This document shows positions 26,101 to 38,221 of a stretch of 38,326 nt of DNA, in pieces. The position numbers were made by a program, and so were the translations under genes. This DNA comes from Bigelowiella natans CCMP2755. Taxonomy: Eukaryota; Protista; Cercozoa. The notes under the pieces were generated by a model that ran no database searches, was not told the origin of the DNA, and saw nothing but the letters and a program-made list of their open reading frames with translations. Location: NCBI GenBank assembly GCA_000320545.1, contig ADNK01001796.1:1-38326 (forward strand), written 5' to 3'. How positions within the stretch are numbered: position 1 is the first letter of the stretch; each line of letters opens with the position of its first letter.

Positions 26101-26868
26101 TTACTGGATTCGTTTTTCTATATCTGTAACTTCGATTCAGAAGAAATTGTAGGTAGGAAGGAAGGTAGGTGGGTATAAATAATGATAACACTACATCTAC
26201 ATCCTGTAATTTTATGAAATGATGATAGTAAACTTTTCAGTCGTTGCATATTATTACCGTATAAGTCTTGCGCGTATCGTGCACCGTATTTTAGCATAAC
26301 GTTATATGCCATCATGTGAAGAGGAAGTATCAACGACATGTACCACTGACCATACCTTCAAATGATGAATATTGTATAATACAGGAGGGGAAATACCAAT
26401 CAGCACCCAAGGAAGGCATTTTGGCCTTATTTGGCTGTACATATTATCTATCTGATGCCTTTATATTTACTATCATGTTGCAAAATTTGCTCATTTAACT
26501 ATACTTATATGTTTCATATACATATAATATTATATCGTCGTCGCCTTCTTCCTTTCATTTTTCTTACGTTGTTTTTGGCAAAGCCTTAACTCCAAAGCAC
26601 GCATAGTACTTGTCACGATCGTGGCTTACACTGATTGCGTGATCATAATTTCAAATATAGAAAAGGCTCATAATCATCATCTTCATCATCATCATCATCA
26701 TCATCATAAATAAATTATAAAGCTATATTGCTATAATCGCATGATAATTACTACTACCACCACTACTACTGCCGCTACTACTGCTGCTACAAATAATTTT
26801 CAAAAAAAAAGCATCATCAACCTGGCTTGTACGAGGTCCAATCCGATGAATACGTCAATATCATTGCC

Positions 26869-26905
<37 letters not shown>

Positions 26906-28047
26906 GTAAGAGGTACCATCATATCATCAAAAGTGTCCGCCCCAGCACACTACTGCTATGATGTGTCAAATCATGATGACCGCTGTAGTGGTCATAACTT
27001 GGTGTCTTCTTCTTATTATAATTATTATTGTTGTTATTCTTCTTCCTCTCTTCCTCATCAACCTACCTGTCTTTGCGAAAACAATAGACTCTTGTGATTT
27101 GTGGAGTACAACAAAGTTTCCAACGGTTTCTCCCTCCTTAAGGACATGCGGACGGGTAGCCTGTAGTCGTCGTCGTCGTCGTCGTCGTCGTAGTAGTAGT
27201 AGTAGAAGGAGGAGGAGGAGGAGGAGGAGGAGGAGGAGGAGTAGGAGTGCAGTATCAATTATTTGTATCCACAAATATCCACCACTCACTATTGTCATGC
27301 TATGCTTTTATGAGGGAAAGAGTAGTAGAATGCGAAAAAAAGGAGTAATGATAATAGTGTTATTGTAGGTAAAAAGTACGTTGTTGAAGCCGGTGAGCCA
27401 TTGAGACCATTCTGTTTGTTCATATCCATCGAATCACCATAATACAGCAACACAGCAACAACACAACAACAACACAACAACAACAACAAAGCACGATGAT
27501 TACTTACTTATGCCGACAATTAGATGGTGGAAGATTTGATTAGTGTTTCTACTCAACCAGCAACAAATCATCCTCCGCCCCATTCATTTCTTCCACCATG
27601 TACTCGTTTACATATATTATTATTAAAATGGTAAATATTGCTGTTGTATGCAGTAATATGTAATACTTGCTGCGCCGAAGACCCAGCCGACAGCGAAGGA
27701 GGAGAGGGAGAGAGGTGCCTGTGTAGCTGACTTCTTCTTCTTTGTGAATATTCGCATCACCATGTACTTCTCCCATGCCTCCTCCTCGCCGGTTGAAGAG
27801 GAGGAGGAGGACAACTCTGAACAATGTAGATGAAATAATAATAAACACAATGAATTGGGTATCCTAATGATTACTGAAACACTAAGGAAAACTCATATCT
27901 CATCATGATAAACTACTCTCTATTCCTTCTTTTTCTTCTCCTCCTCTTTGTCCCCCTTCACCTTTATTTTCTTCTTTCGGATAAGAAGCGAGCGCTGAGT
28001 CTTCAGAAGTCCATTACCCAAGATCAAGTGATACGTTCGTCATACAC

Positions 28048-28087
<40 letters not shown>

Positions 28088-29062
28088 AAAACATGGATAT
28101 TGGTCAAAATTGCTATAGTTTTCAAGTTCAGTGTGGGGGGGGGGGACAAAAAATTCTTTCGCAATTCTGTTCATGATAATCGTTTTTTATTGCCAGAAGA
28201 AGAATTAATACGAAGAGTATTGGGATGATCCATTTTGATAGCAAACAGACCGTATGGAACTCCTCGCATTGGCTCAATATCGTACTTGATATTTGAGTAG
28301 GAAATACTCGTATAAAATAATCCGACACCCTAATCAACAGTAATTTGCAGTACCCATCAAGTACTCAAATGCATGTTTTAATATGCCAAATATTGATGCA
28401 TTTCCATACCATTGCGAACGTCGATCCGATCATTATGTTCCACCGCAGAGTCTAGTATTAGGTCCCAACAATTGGAATATTAGATCATAAAAGCTGTCAT
28501 TCATCATCATCATCGTCATCATATAAATATGTGTATCTACTCCTCCTCCTCCTCCTTCTCAAGGGCAAGGGGCTGATGATTTTGGGTAGATAACTATTTT
28601 ACCTTCCTTTCCAGATCAGACTCTTCTATAATCGTCGCCTGGAAAGTTTCGGTTCCACATGTGTTGTTATGAGAAATAAATAAGTAAATATAAGCGCCGT
28701 CGTCGTCGTAGTCACTTCACGTCACGTCGACTAGTATGTGGAAGCAGAATTGCGGACCACCTTCGGCTTCGTACTCATTCCCCTCCTAAATCTCGTCTGC
28801 AAATTTTTAATTGGACGAGGACGGCCTAGGCTTGCTGAGGAGGAAAACCTCTTCCACCATCCCGAGCGCGCTACTGTATGATGTCAGAAGACGCACAGAA
28901 AACTAATTAACCACGAAGAATCGAAACAAATATCCAAATCGCATTCGCTATATTCAATACGACGATGCTCTTGTGACAGGACTAAGCATGTGAATTCCTA
29001 CTTTGGGTTACAGCCTTCTTTGCTTCTGAGCTGACAAACGCCCGTCTTATCAGCAACGCCAT
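26101..29062 (-). CDS. Multi-exon DUF2867-like protein with probable mitochondrial targeting presequence
   Basis: ATG at 29062. Arg/Ser-rich, acid-poor N-terminus MALLIRRAFVSSEAKKAVTQ-IARSGWWKRFSSSASLGRPRPIKNLQTRFRRGMSTKPK. Later exons LKEGETVGNFVVLHKSQESIVFAKT-GNDIDVFIGLDL, YYACFGVKALPKT-YGQWYMSLILPLHMMAYNVMLKYGARY and VTDIEKRIQ* (stop 26103-26101) resemble the DUF2867 G..G.F.V...S..EI and GrlY...i.PfH..i...ML motifs. The middle exons are uncertain. Confidence 0.6.
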
Positions 29063-29149
29063 CCTCCTCCAGATTGCTTGGTGCACGTGTCCCGAACTTT
29101 AGTCGTAGATTTAATGGCCCTTTTTTTTACCAAATTTACCTACAAATGC
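29063..29149. promoter_or_regulatory. Candidate very short bidirectional promoter between head-to-head start codons
   Basis: The inferred minus-strand ATG at 29062 and plus-strand ATG at 29150 are only 87 bp apart. The spacer contains a GCACGTG (E-box-like) word at 29083-29089. Both starts are inferred. Confidence 0.4.
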
Positions 29150-31427
29150 ATGTCTCATAGTCGTTTTCAAGCTCTATTTCGTAAAATGACTGGTGAGCTC
29201 TCTGTTAGTTTTGGTTGTTGTTGTTGTTGTTGTTGTTGCGACTGGTGTTGCGATTGCCGATGGGATGTGAGATATTTGATGATGATGATGCCGATGATGA
29301 TGATGCTCTATTCCTAGTAACATGTAGTACAAATAACAATGAGGAAATTTCCTAGAACAAGCAGAAGAGTGTTTTCCTCTGCCTCATCCTCTCCCCATTC
29401 CTACCATTCCCAGCAACATGTAGTACAAATGATGATGAGGAAACTTCCTATAAAAAGCAGCAGAGTGTTTTCCTCTGCCTCACCCTCTCCCCATTATTCC
29501 TCAGATTTGCTGCTAGCCTACTCAGATCCAGAAGGAGGAGGAGGAACGAACGAACGAACAAACGAACGACCATCGGACGGACGAAGGAACAAACAACAAT
29601 CTCCAATTTCCTATCTCCACTTAATTGTACTTACAACAACTTCCTCTAAATGGCCACCGCGCATCAGGTCACCCTTGCACCTAAGTTGGATATCCTAACT
29701 AGCTCCTTCATTGACAGATGATCATCACAGGAATGTTGTTATACTACACATTGTAGTTTTGCCATTTTTCTCACTAGCCCTAGTACTTCTCATCCGGAGG
29801 AAGAACCCAAAGTAAATATCCTTCCTTCACACAGGTGGCACTGGTGCCTCTACACGTGCCTGTGAACAAGGTTTTGCAGTAGCAAGATGGTGTAGTGGAA
29901 TGAGTGACGATGAACATTTGCCTGTGGTTCTTTCTAAAGTTTATGAATATAAATTCATCGGTAGGATATTGTTAACTTTCTGCAAGGGGCATTGAAAGAA
30001 CACCCTAGAGCCTGGATAACTTCATGCTCTGGGGTTCTTTCCACAGTGAAATTCCGTGATGATAGTGGTGAGACTTCTCATGAGCAAAAGAGAAAAGAGA
30101 AAGATTCATCCGAGGCGGAGAAGCAAGGGTCTTTCCACGTCGTCTCTCTGCAGCTTCTGAACTCAAAAAATGGTCATTAGTATGGCTTGCTTCCACCACG
30201 TATATAAATATTGCATGAATAATCACATAAGGGTGCGCTGTTGAGTATTCTACCCAACGCTTAATTGCATAAACATCTCATCTCATGTTTTCCCTCCTTT
30301 CGCCACTGTTCTTAGAAAAGGCTCAGCGAACCACCCTCCAGGTAAATTATCACGACTTTCTGCTGTATGTTCAGTTGATGAAAATTGAAACTTTGTGGTA
30401 TCTTCCTATACAATGTATTGTTAATAAAAATCAATTCTTTGTGATGTCTTTCTATCAAATCCACCTAAAATAACGTCGAGTGCATTCAGGCTGTAGTGCT
30501 GGATCTTGGTCAAAATCAAAATGTAATGGGGGGTATTCTAGTTGGGGGAAGTGTGGCACCAGGAGGCCTAACAGTAACACTAGCGATAAACGGCAGCAGC
30601 AGCACTTCGACTCTTCCAGCTGCTACATCCGCTGAGCTCTCCCTCCACCCTAATGTTGAGGAGAAGGGGCGACCCGAGGAAAATGGCAAGAGTGAGAGCG
30701 TCGATGGTGGTGCCGTAATCCCACCTCCCCCCCCTGTTGGAAATCTGCTACCTCCGCCACCTCCTCCATTAGGTCATCGATGTGTGAAGATCTCGTTACA
30801 TTGACGACGACGACGACGACAACAACAACAATAATAATAATAATGATGCATTAGTACTGTCGAAACTCCCACATGTGATCATCATCGTACATATTTTTTC
30901 AAATCGTTGTTTTATTAAAAACGGTGTCACTTAGGATCTGGATTGGCTCCTCCTCCCCCTTCGGTCAAGTCACAGCAAAAGAATCAGCCAAAGGCAAATG
31001 ACAGTATTCATATTAATGATGACATCGAGGGGGTTGCAGGAAGCGGATTAAGGCCTTCAGGTACGTTTCTTCTTCTTCTACTACTAGTAGTTGCTGTTTT
31101 CTGCTGATACCACCATCACGAGCATGGTATCATCACCATTTCCTTGTGTTCCTTCCTCGCTTCTTTCTTCCTTCTCTGCGGCTTTACCATCTATCAATTA
31201 CAGTTTCTCATATAATTTCATTTGCAATTGTAAAGACGAAATCACCAAACAAACTAACTAATGTGCTGCTACTGTTTTGTCCTCAGATTTGCGGAAAAGG
31301 GAGAAGAACAAGAAGAACAAGACAAAGAGATCATTTAAGTACAACTTGTTAACATTTACGTTGTTGTGCTACACTTCTACTTCTCTAGCATTTACACAAA
31401 TCCGAGATTGCTGTAAGAATACTACAG

Positions 31428-31464
<37 letters not shown>

Positions 31465-33002
31465 TAGAGCATTTCTGATTGACTCAAAATCACTCCTTGT
31501 CCTCACCACCTACTATTCTTCTACTAACCCAATACTGCCTTATTAGGATAGTACGAAATAAATCCAAAAAAGGGAGGGGAAAGACAAATAAACAAGATGA
31601 CGTCTTCAATCCAAACGATACCAAATTGGATGTGGATAGGCTTTTTTATGAATTCAGGAAGGTACTAGTAATAAGACAATACTACTGTGCTGCTGCTGCT
31701 GCTGCTGCTGCTGCTGTGGGTATGAGCATGGAAGAAATTTAATAATACACAGAGCTGATATAATGTATATGGATAATCTAATCAATATTTATTTCTAAGT
31801 GGCTATGTGTATATCATCATCATCATCATCATCATCATCATTATCTCCCTTCTTCCTGGTTGGCTTGTAGTTACTCCTGAAGAATGAAATGCCGGCAGAA
31901 AAGGTGGTACGAGTAGTCGTCATAGTAGTAGTAAGGATGGTGCACAACAACTAAGAGTTGGCAAGAACAAAGACCTTCACTTGTACTACAACTACTACTT
32001 TTTACAGGAAGAATGGTTTGACCCTAAGCTAGTAACAGCTATCCGCTCAGCTGACGTTAACACAGGATCAGGCTACGTTTTAGAGACACAAGTGAGGATG
32101 ATGATGATGATGATGATGGTAGCTTGTTGGTGGTGGTTTGACGATGAATTGTTATCATATGCATACAGCTTCGTGACATCGTAGCAGATTGGGTACTTGA
32201 CCAAAGTGCCTTCTACCAGCTAAGGTATTAGGAGGTGTAGTAGTAGTAGTAGCAGCAGCAGTAGTAGCAGTAGTATTTCGGTGGAGATGAGGTAAGGAAT
32301 GAAAGGGAGGGGGAAGAAGGGCTCTTGTCCATTTATGGTCATTATCATCTTCATCCTCCTCCTCCTCTCATGGTGAATCATTCTAAGTAAGAATGAGCAC
32401 AATTTTACGAGTGGTAGCTGACTGACTGACTGCCCACCACATTACCAACAATCGCTCACTTAGATTTCTTACGCGCCATGTCACTCGTATGGTGATAGAA
32501 CGCTTCCTAAACAAATATCCCAAGGTCATCAATCACTGTTGTGTGCTGTCATCGTCGTCGTCGTATGTATCAATGTATTATTCAACAAATCATCATGTGC
32601 TGCTGCTGCTGCAACTATAAATATTACTACTACTACTACTACTACTTCTGCAGGTGAAAATTGACACATTGCTGGTAGATCCTGCTGTCGCTCGTATGAA
32701 TGAGATCCTTGACCGGTATAAACTACTACTACTACTACTACTACTAATGCTAATATTTGATGATGATGATGATAAAAACAACAACAGGTATAAAGGAGAG
32801 GGTGTTGACTCTCGAATTCGCATATTGGACAAAGACGCCTCACTGCAAGCGATTGTCCCATACGTTAAAAAGCCTAGACAGACAGTCATTGCCCTTGATT
32901 TTGATCAAACAATTACCCTGGTATGTAGGTGATGATGATGGTGATGATGATGATGATGATGATGATTATGCTCATGACGATGAAGCTTCTACATATTCCT
33001 GG

Positions 33003-33052
<50 letters not shown>

Positions 33053-33401
33053 GCCATTCATGTACCATCTCGTCAGACTTTGGTAATGCAATAAACTGTA
33101 GGTGGAGAAGGCAAAACCAGGACATAAAAAGGCTCGGAAGAGCTTAAAATTGAGAGGTTCTGATGTCATGTGTGCATCCCCCTCCTCCTACCCCCCCCCC
33201 CCCTCCCTCCTCCTCCTCGAATATTCAAGTTAGTATTCCGTCCTTTGCAAACATTGATGCTGCATGCAAGTTTTTGTGAATAATTTTGATATTTTGACAT
33301 CATTGTTTTCCTCCTCCTCTCCTTCATTCCTTCTCCCTCTCTACATTGCAGGTGGTGTTGAGTCTAAAAGAGCATTAGAATCGCTTGTCGATCAGGTACT
33401 A

Positions 33402-33436
<35 letters not shown>

Positions 33437-33812
33437 GAGACGCACACGCGTTGTGATTTCACGTGCACTGCCCCCCCCCCCCCCCTCTCGCACACACATT
33501 CAAATGTACACGCGCGCATTCTCCAATTTGTACCCAGCTCTCTGTCTTCCTCGACTATGTTGTATATGTAGATATAAATATCTCCTTTAACTTCTTACTG
33601 CTGCAATGCTCACATGAGATTTGTCGTGATACTACTTGATTCATGAATCGTTACCAACCCTTCATTTGGCTGTATTATGTACTATTGCGCATTATTATGA
33701 TAATAATAATAATAATTATTATTATTATTATTGTTATTGTAGGGTGCTATTTGCTGCATTGCCACCGCTCAGACACCTGGTGTAGAGGTAGCAGCATTAT
33801 TCATAGTTGTAC

Positions 33813-33846
<34 letters not shown>

Positions 33847-33863
33847 GTGATCAGATTGTTGAG

Positions 33864-33902
<39 letters not shown>

Positions 33903-34360
33903 GTCATCATCATCATCATCATTATCATCATTTAGACTTTGCTGCTGCTGCCTCAAACAACCCTATTAGTATTACTATTATTATTATTATTATTATTAGC
34001 CTTTGTTTCTCTATTATCAAGGGCCTCACCGTTGTCGTCTACTATTTGGTTATTTATCTACTTTTCCCCTACCACCACCAGCAGCTGCATGTGTGTGATG
34101 TGATTATTTAAGTATATTATAGCAATCATCATCATCAATGGTCATCATCCTCTTCTTTTTCGTCGTCGTATTCGTTACTGGTAGGTGATGATAAGTTTGG
34201 TTCAAGAAATACGACACCTTGGCCTTGCACGGGTATGATGACGGTGATGATTGATGTTGTCATTACTTTCTTTTGAGTATGCTATTATAAGAGGAAGAAT
34301 AGCACTATATGTGGATTGGTATATAATGACGAATTGTTGTCGTCGTGACCTGACATCATC

Positions 34361-34396
<36 letters not shown>

Positions 34397-34763
34397 GCCT
34401 CTTCAATTCTTCATCTTCTCTTCCTCAAAAGGTTTTCAATGTCGAGCTCTTTGACCAGGAGCCAATAAAATCTTTAATAAAGGTAATAATAGTAAAAGAA
34501 GAAGAGGAAGGGAGGGGGGGGGGGTTATTAGCGGGATGATACTAATCATTGTGTTGATAAAAGTAGCTGCTATGAATATAGCTAGATATTGACCATCAGT
34601 ATCTTCTTTTCTTTTCCTTCTTTTTTGTTCTTCACTTATGATGATAGCACTAATGGTTGAGTACTACTACTATTACTACTACTACTACTACTACTACTAC
34701 TTACGATAGAGTTGGGGAATGAATGAGACGATGAGTTTGAATAAACTCACTATCAAATTAGGT

Positions 34764-34795
<32 letters not shown>

Positions 34796-35206
34796 TATCG
34801 TCGCTTTCTTCATCACTTATATCACGTTGTCTTGGTAGCCTTTATTCATGACTAATAGCATCATAAACTTGTTGCTGGCTTGATAGTCGTTCTGATGTCG
34901 CTGAACACCAGTCGAAAACCAAAAGACATGGAGCGGATTGGTAACTATCAACTGTAATTAAATGTGCATTCTAGATGATGATGATAGTAATAATGATGAT
35001 GATGATGATGATGATAACTACTTTCTCATGCCGCACCTCACGACAAAGTCCGTATTAGCCAAGTGCTGCTAAATTGTTGCTTACTCCTACTAACTAGAAA
35101 TATTATTAGGTTACTCCATGCTTAAATTCGATACCAAATCGGACAGCAAGAATAAGTAGTTTACTCATATGTTTATTTGCCTATCTCATGTTCTCAAGAA
35201 TGAATT

Positions 35207-35237
<31 letters not shown>

Positions 35238-37467
35238 GTTCCATTACCATGAAAATAACAATGCAGAGCATTACACATTTATTGACACGTCGTGTTGTGG
35301 TTCTATTCATGTTCTCCAAGGTCTTCTTCTTCTTCTTCACCTTTGCGGCGTTGTCCATCCGTAAAGTTCCAATTATTTCATGACGCGACAGATAATCCAT
35401 CATTAGAGGTAGATAGTGTAGGTTAGGTTAGATTAGCCAATTCGTTTTATTAGCATTGTTGTTGCTTAGTAGTAATGACAATACTGCTGCTGATAATAAC
35501 AGAAATGTTGGGGAGCGGTACACGAGCTGAAAGGTAATTATCGTTGTTATTCTTCTTGTTGTTTTTGTTTTTGTTATTGTTAATATAATTGCAAGATATG
35601 TAGCAGTAGCAGTAGCAGTAGCAGTAGTAGTATAGTAGTAGTACCGTTCGGTCATCACTCAAGGGAGATGATTCTGTGTTGTGAAGAAGAAGAAGAAGAA
35701 GAAGTAGTAGTAGTAGTAGTAGTAAGAGAAAAGAAACAGCTCTACCTACATGCTCATTGTCCAAAACCATGCAGCATCTAGTGTTAGATAGCATTAGTAG
35801 TACTAGTAGTTGTAGGCGGTCAGATTTGTTTCTTTCTGTGTAATCGTAATGTTTGTTGCTCGTATAGCTTAAAATACGAGTAGTTATGTGTTGTTGCTAT
35901 GTTCTGCTGACTTCATCAATTATTTAATTTCTCCCCCCCCCCCCTCCTCGATCCTCCTCCTCCCCTTGCTATCATTATCGTCGTCATTATCACAGGGGTA
36001 TATGAGAAAGATGGGAACAACGACGACAACAACACTGGCGGTGCTGCTGGTGATGGATCAGGCTGGAAGAAGAATAATAACATTGATGGTAGTAGTGATG
36101 TGATGGGCTCTCCTATCTCCAATCCTACCTTACAGAGACAGAATTCTCTCGCTGCTGAAGGTAAATCAACGTGAATGATAATGATGATGGTAATGCTGAT
36201 GATAGCAATATTGGTGGTGGTGGTGGTGATAATAAAGAGGAGAAGTTCTTCCTTTGCGTCGTTTACTATTGTTCTCAAGATAAGATATCAATCGATCGAT
36301 CGTGCGAGGAGGATGATGCATCCACTCATAGCTAACATCCAACTCTACTACTACAACAGAATAAAGTAATATGATACATGTGTTTTATACTACTGCAACT
36401 ACCCATTCCATCAATTAGGCGACGTAACAATGTGCACAGTACGTTGCATGAAGGCATATGCTGAAAGGACCAAAGAGGTAGCTAGGTAGGTAGGTAGGTA
36501 GGTAGGTAGGTCGTTGTTATGTTATTAAAAGAAGGACGAGGGAGGACAACTGCTTTCCGTCATGGATTGGTGGATTAGGTTAGCAGTGTGGTGTGTCTTG
36601 TTATTGTAATACTGCTGCTGCTGCTGCTACTGCTACTGCTACTGCTGCCGGATGATCAGCTTCGACTAGCATTCCTTAAAAGCGTTAATGCACCCAAGAT
36701 ACCAAAGGTAGGTGTGTAAGAATACACTTGCAACTAACTACCCTATATCCTTCTCTTGCACTTCTTCTTGCTTGCTGCTGTTACGGGGATACACACACCT
36801 ACCACACACACACAGACAATGTGCTGCTGCTAGCATTGAATGAATCAATGAACCAACCAATCAACAGGTCTTTATAGAAGAAAAGATCAAAAAGCGAGAG
36901 GCGGACAAATCTAGACGTATCCAAGCAGGTAGTAGCAGGAATGATACGATAGATGAGTACCGAGTAAGGAAAAGGAAAGTAGAGAGGAGGACATCACGAT
37001 GAGGAGGAAGATTTATATATAGAGTACTTGTTATTGATTGATGATACTGACGATGATGATGATGATGATGATGACCAGGAGAGCTCTCGGAATTTCCACC
37101 TGAGGAAGAATCAAAGGAGGAAAAGGAGCTAAGAGAGGCAGAAGAAGACCGCATTCGGTACTACTAGTAGTAGTAGTAGTTGTTGTTGTTGTTGTCGTTG
37201 TAGTTATAGTAGTGGTGGTGGTGGTGGTGGTAGGTGTTGGCTTCTTCTGATTTGATTGATTTGAATGCAGTAGTAAATGCATGATGATTGGGTTATCAAT
37301 GGTTGGATGACCAGCATTCCTTATTTGTACCTATATAACGATGGTGATAACTATGATGATAATCATGATGATAGTAATGATGATAATGATGATCGATCGA
37401 TCATCACGTTATAGCATTCAGAATCAGTGTTGATTTTTTATTGTCACAATATATACATGTATATATC

Positions 37468-37507
<40 letters not shown>

Positions 37508-37764
37508 CTACCCCTCTCGTTTCTATATGTTCCGCGTTTGGTGGTTTTATCTTCCTATTTATTTAAAAAGAAGGGAGAAGTATTCCAACAACATATACCA
37601 GCATCAGCATCAGCATCATCATCATGCATATTGGTTGCTATTATTAGGTATGAGGAGGAAGCTATACGTGTTAAAGAAGAGGTAAACAAGATACCACTAA
37701 TTAATCATCTTTGTAATATTATTCTACTAATCTACAATATTTAGACCCAATGATATATGTGTAC

Positions 37765-37814
<50 letters not shown>

Positions 37815-38116
37815 TATATAAATAGGATGTCATATGTTAATCGTCGTCGTATGTAATTCAGGAAGCAAAGAATCACTGGTCAAACAGACTTTTCATTAGT
37901 GCGGATGGAAAAGGTGCTGCCTATCGCTAATGATACTCATAATCATGATGGTGATGGTGGTGGTGGTGGTGATGTAAAAGAGAAATAGCATGCATGATCA
38001 AAATCATCATCATCATCATCATCATCATGCACTAAAAAGGTCTCTTGGATGCTGATACGATTGATAAGATGACCAAGGTATTATTGCAGGGAGAGAAGAA
38101 ATAACACAGAGAGAGA

Positions 38117-38156
<40 letters not shown>

Positions 38157-38175
38157 GTTTATTGTAACATATGTG

Positions 38176-38221
<46 letters not shown>

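Larger units (their letters stand above)
40..38218. repeat. Dense intronic microsatellites ((CA)n, (TA)n, (GA)n, (TAG)n, (GAT)n, (GAA)n, (GAG)n, (CAG)n) throughout the window
   Basis: Directly visible, e.g. (CA)n(TA)n at 40-96, (TAG)n at 281-314, (GA)n at 7863-7905, (CAG)n at 12135-12177, (CAT)n at 33864-33920 and (TA)n at 38179-38218. Confidence 0.97.

Noticed and set aside
30700-30962. Polyproline runs suggesting a formin FH1-FH2 protein
   Set aside because: No FH2 motifs follow. The downstream exons encode HAD and recombinase-like blocks.
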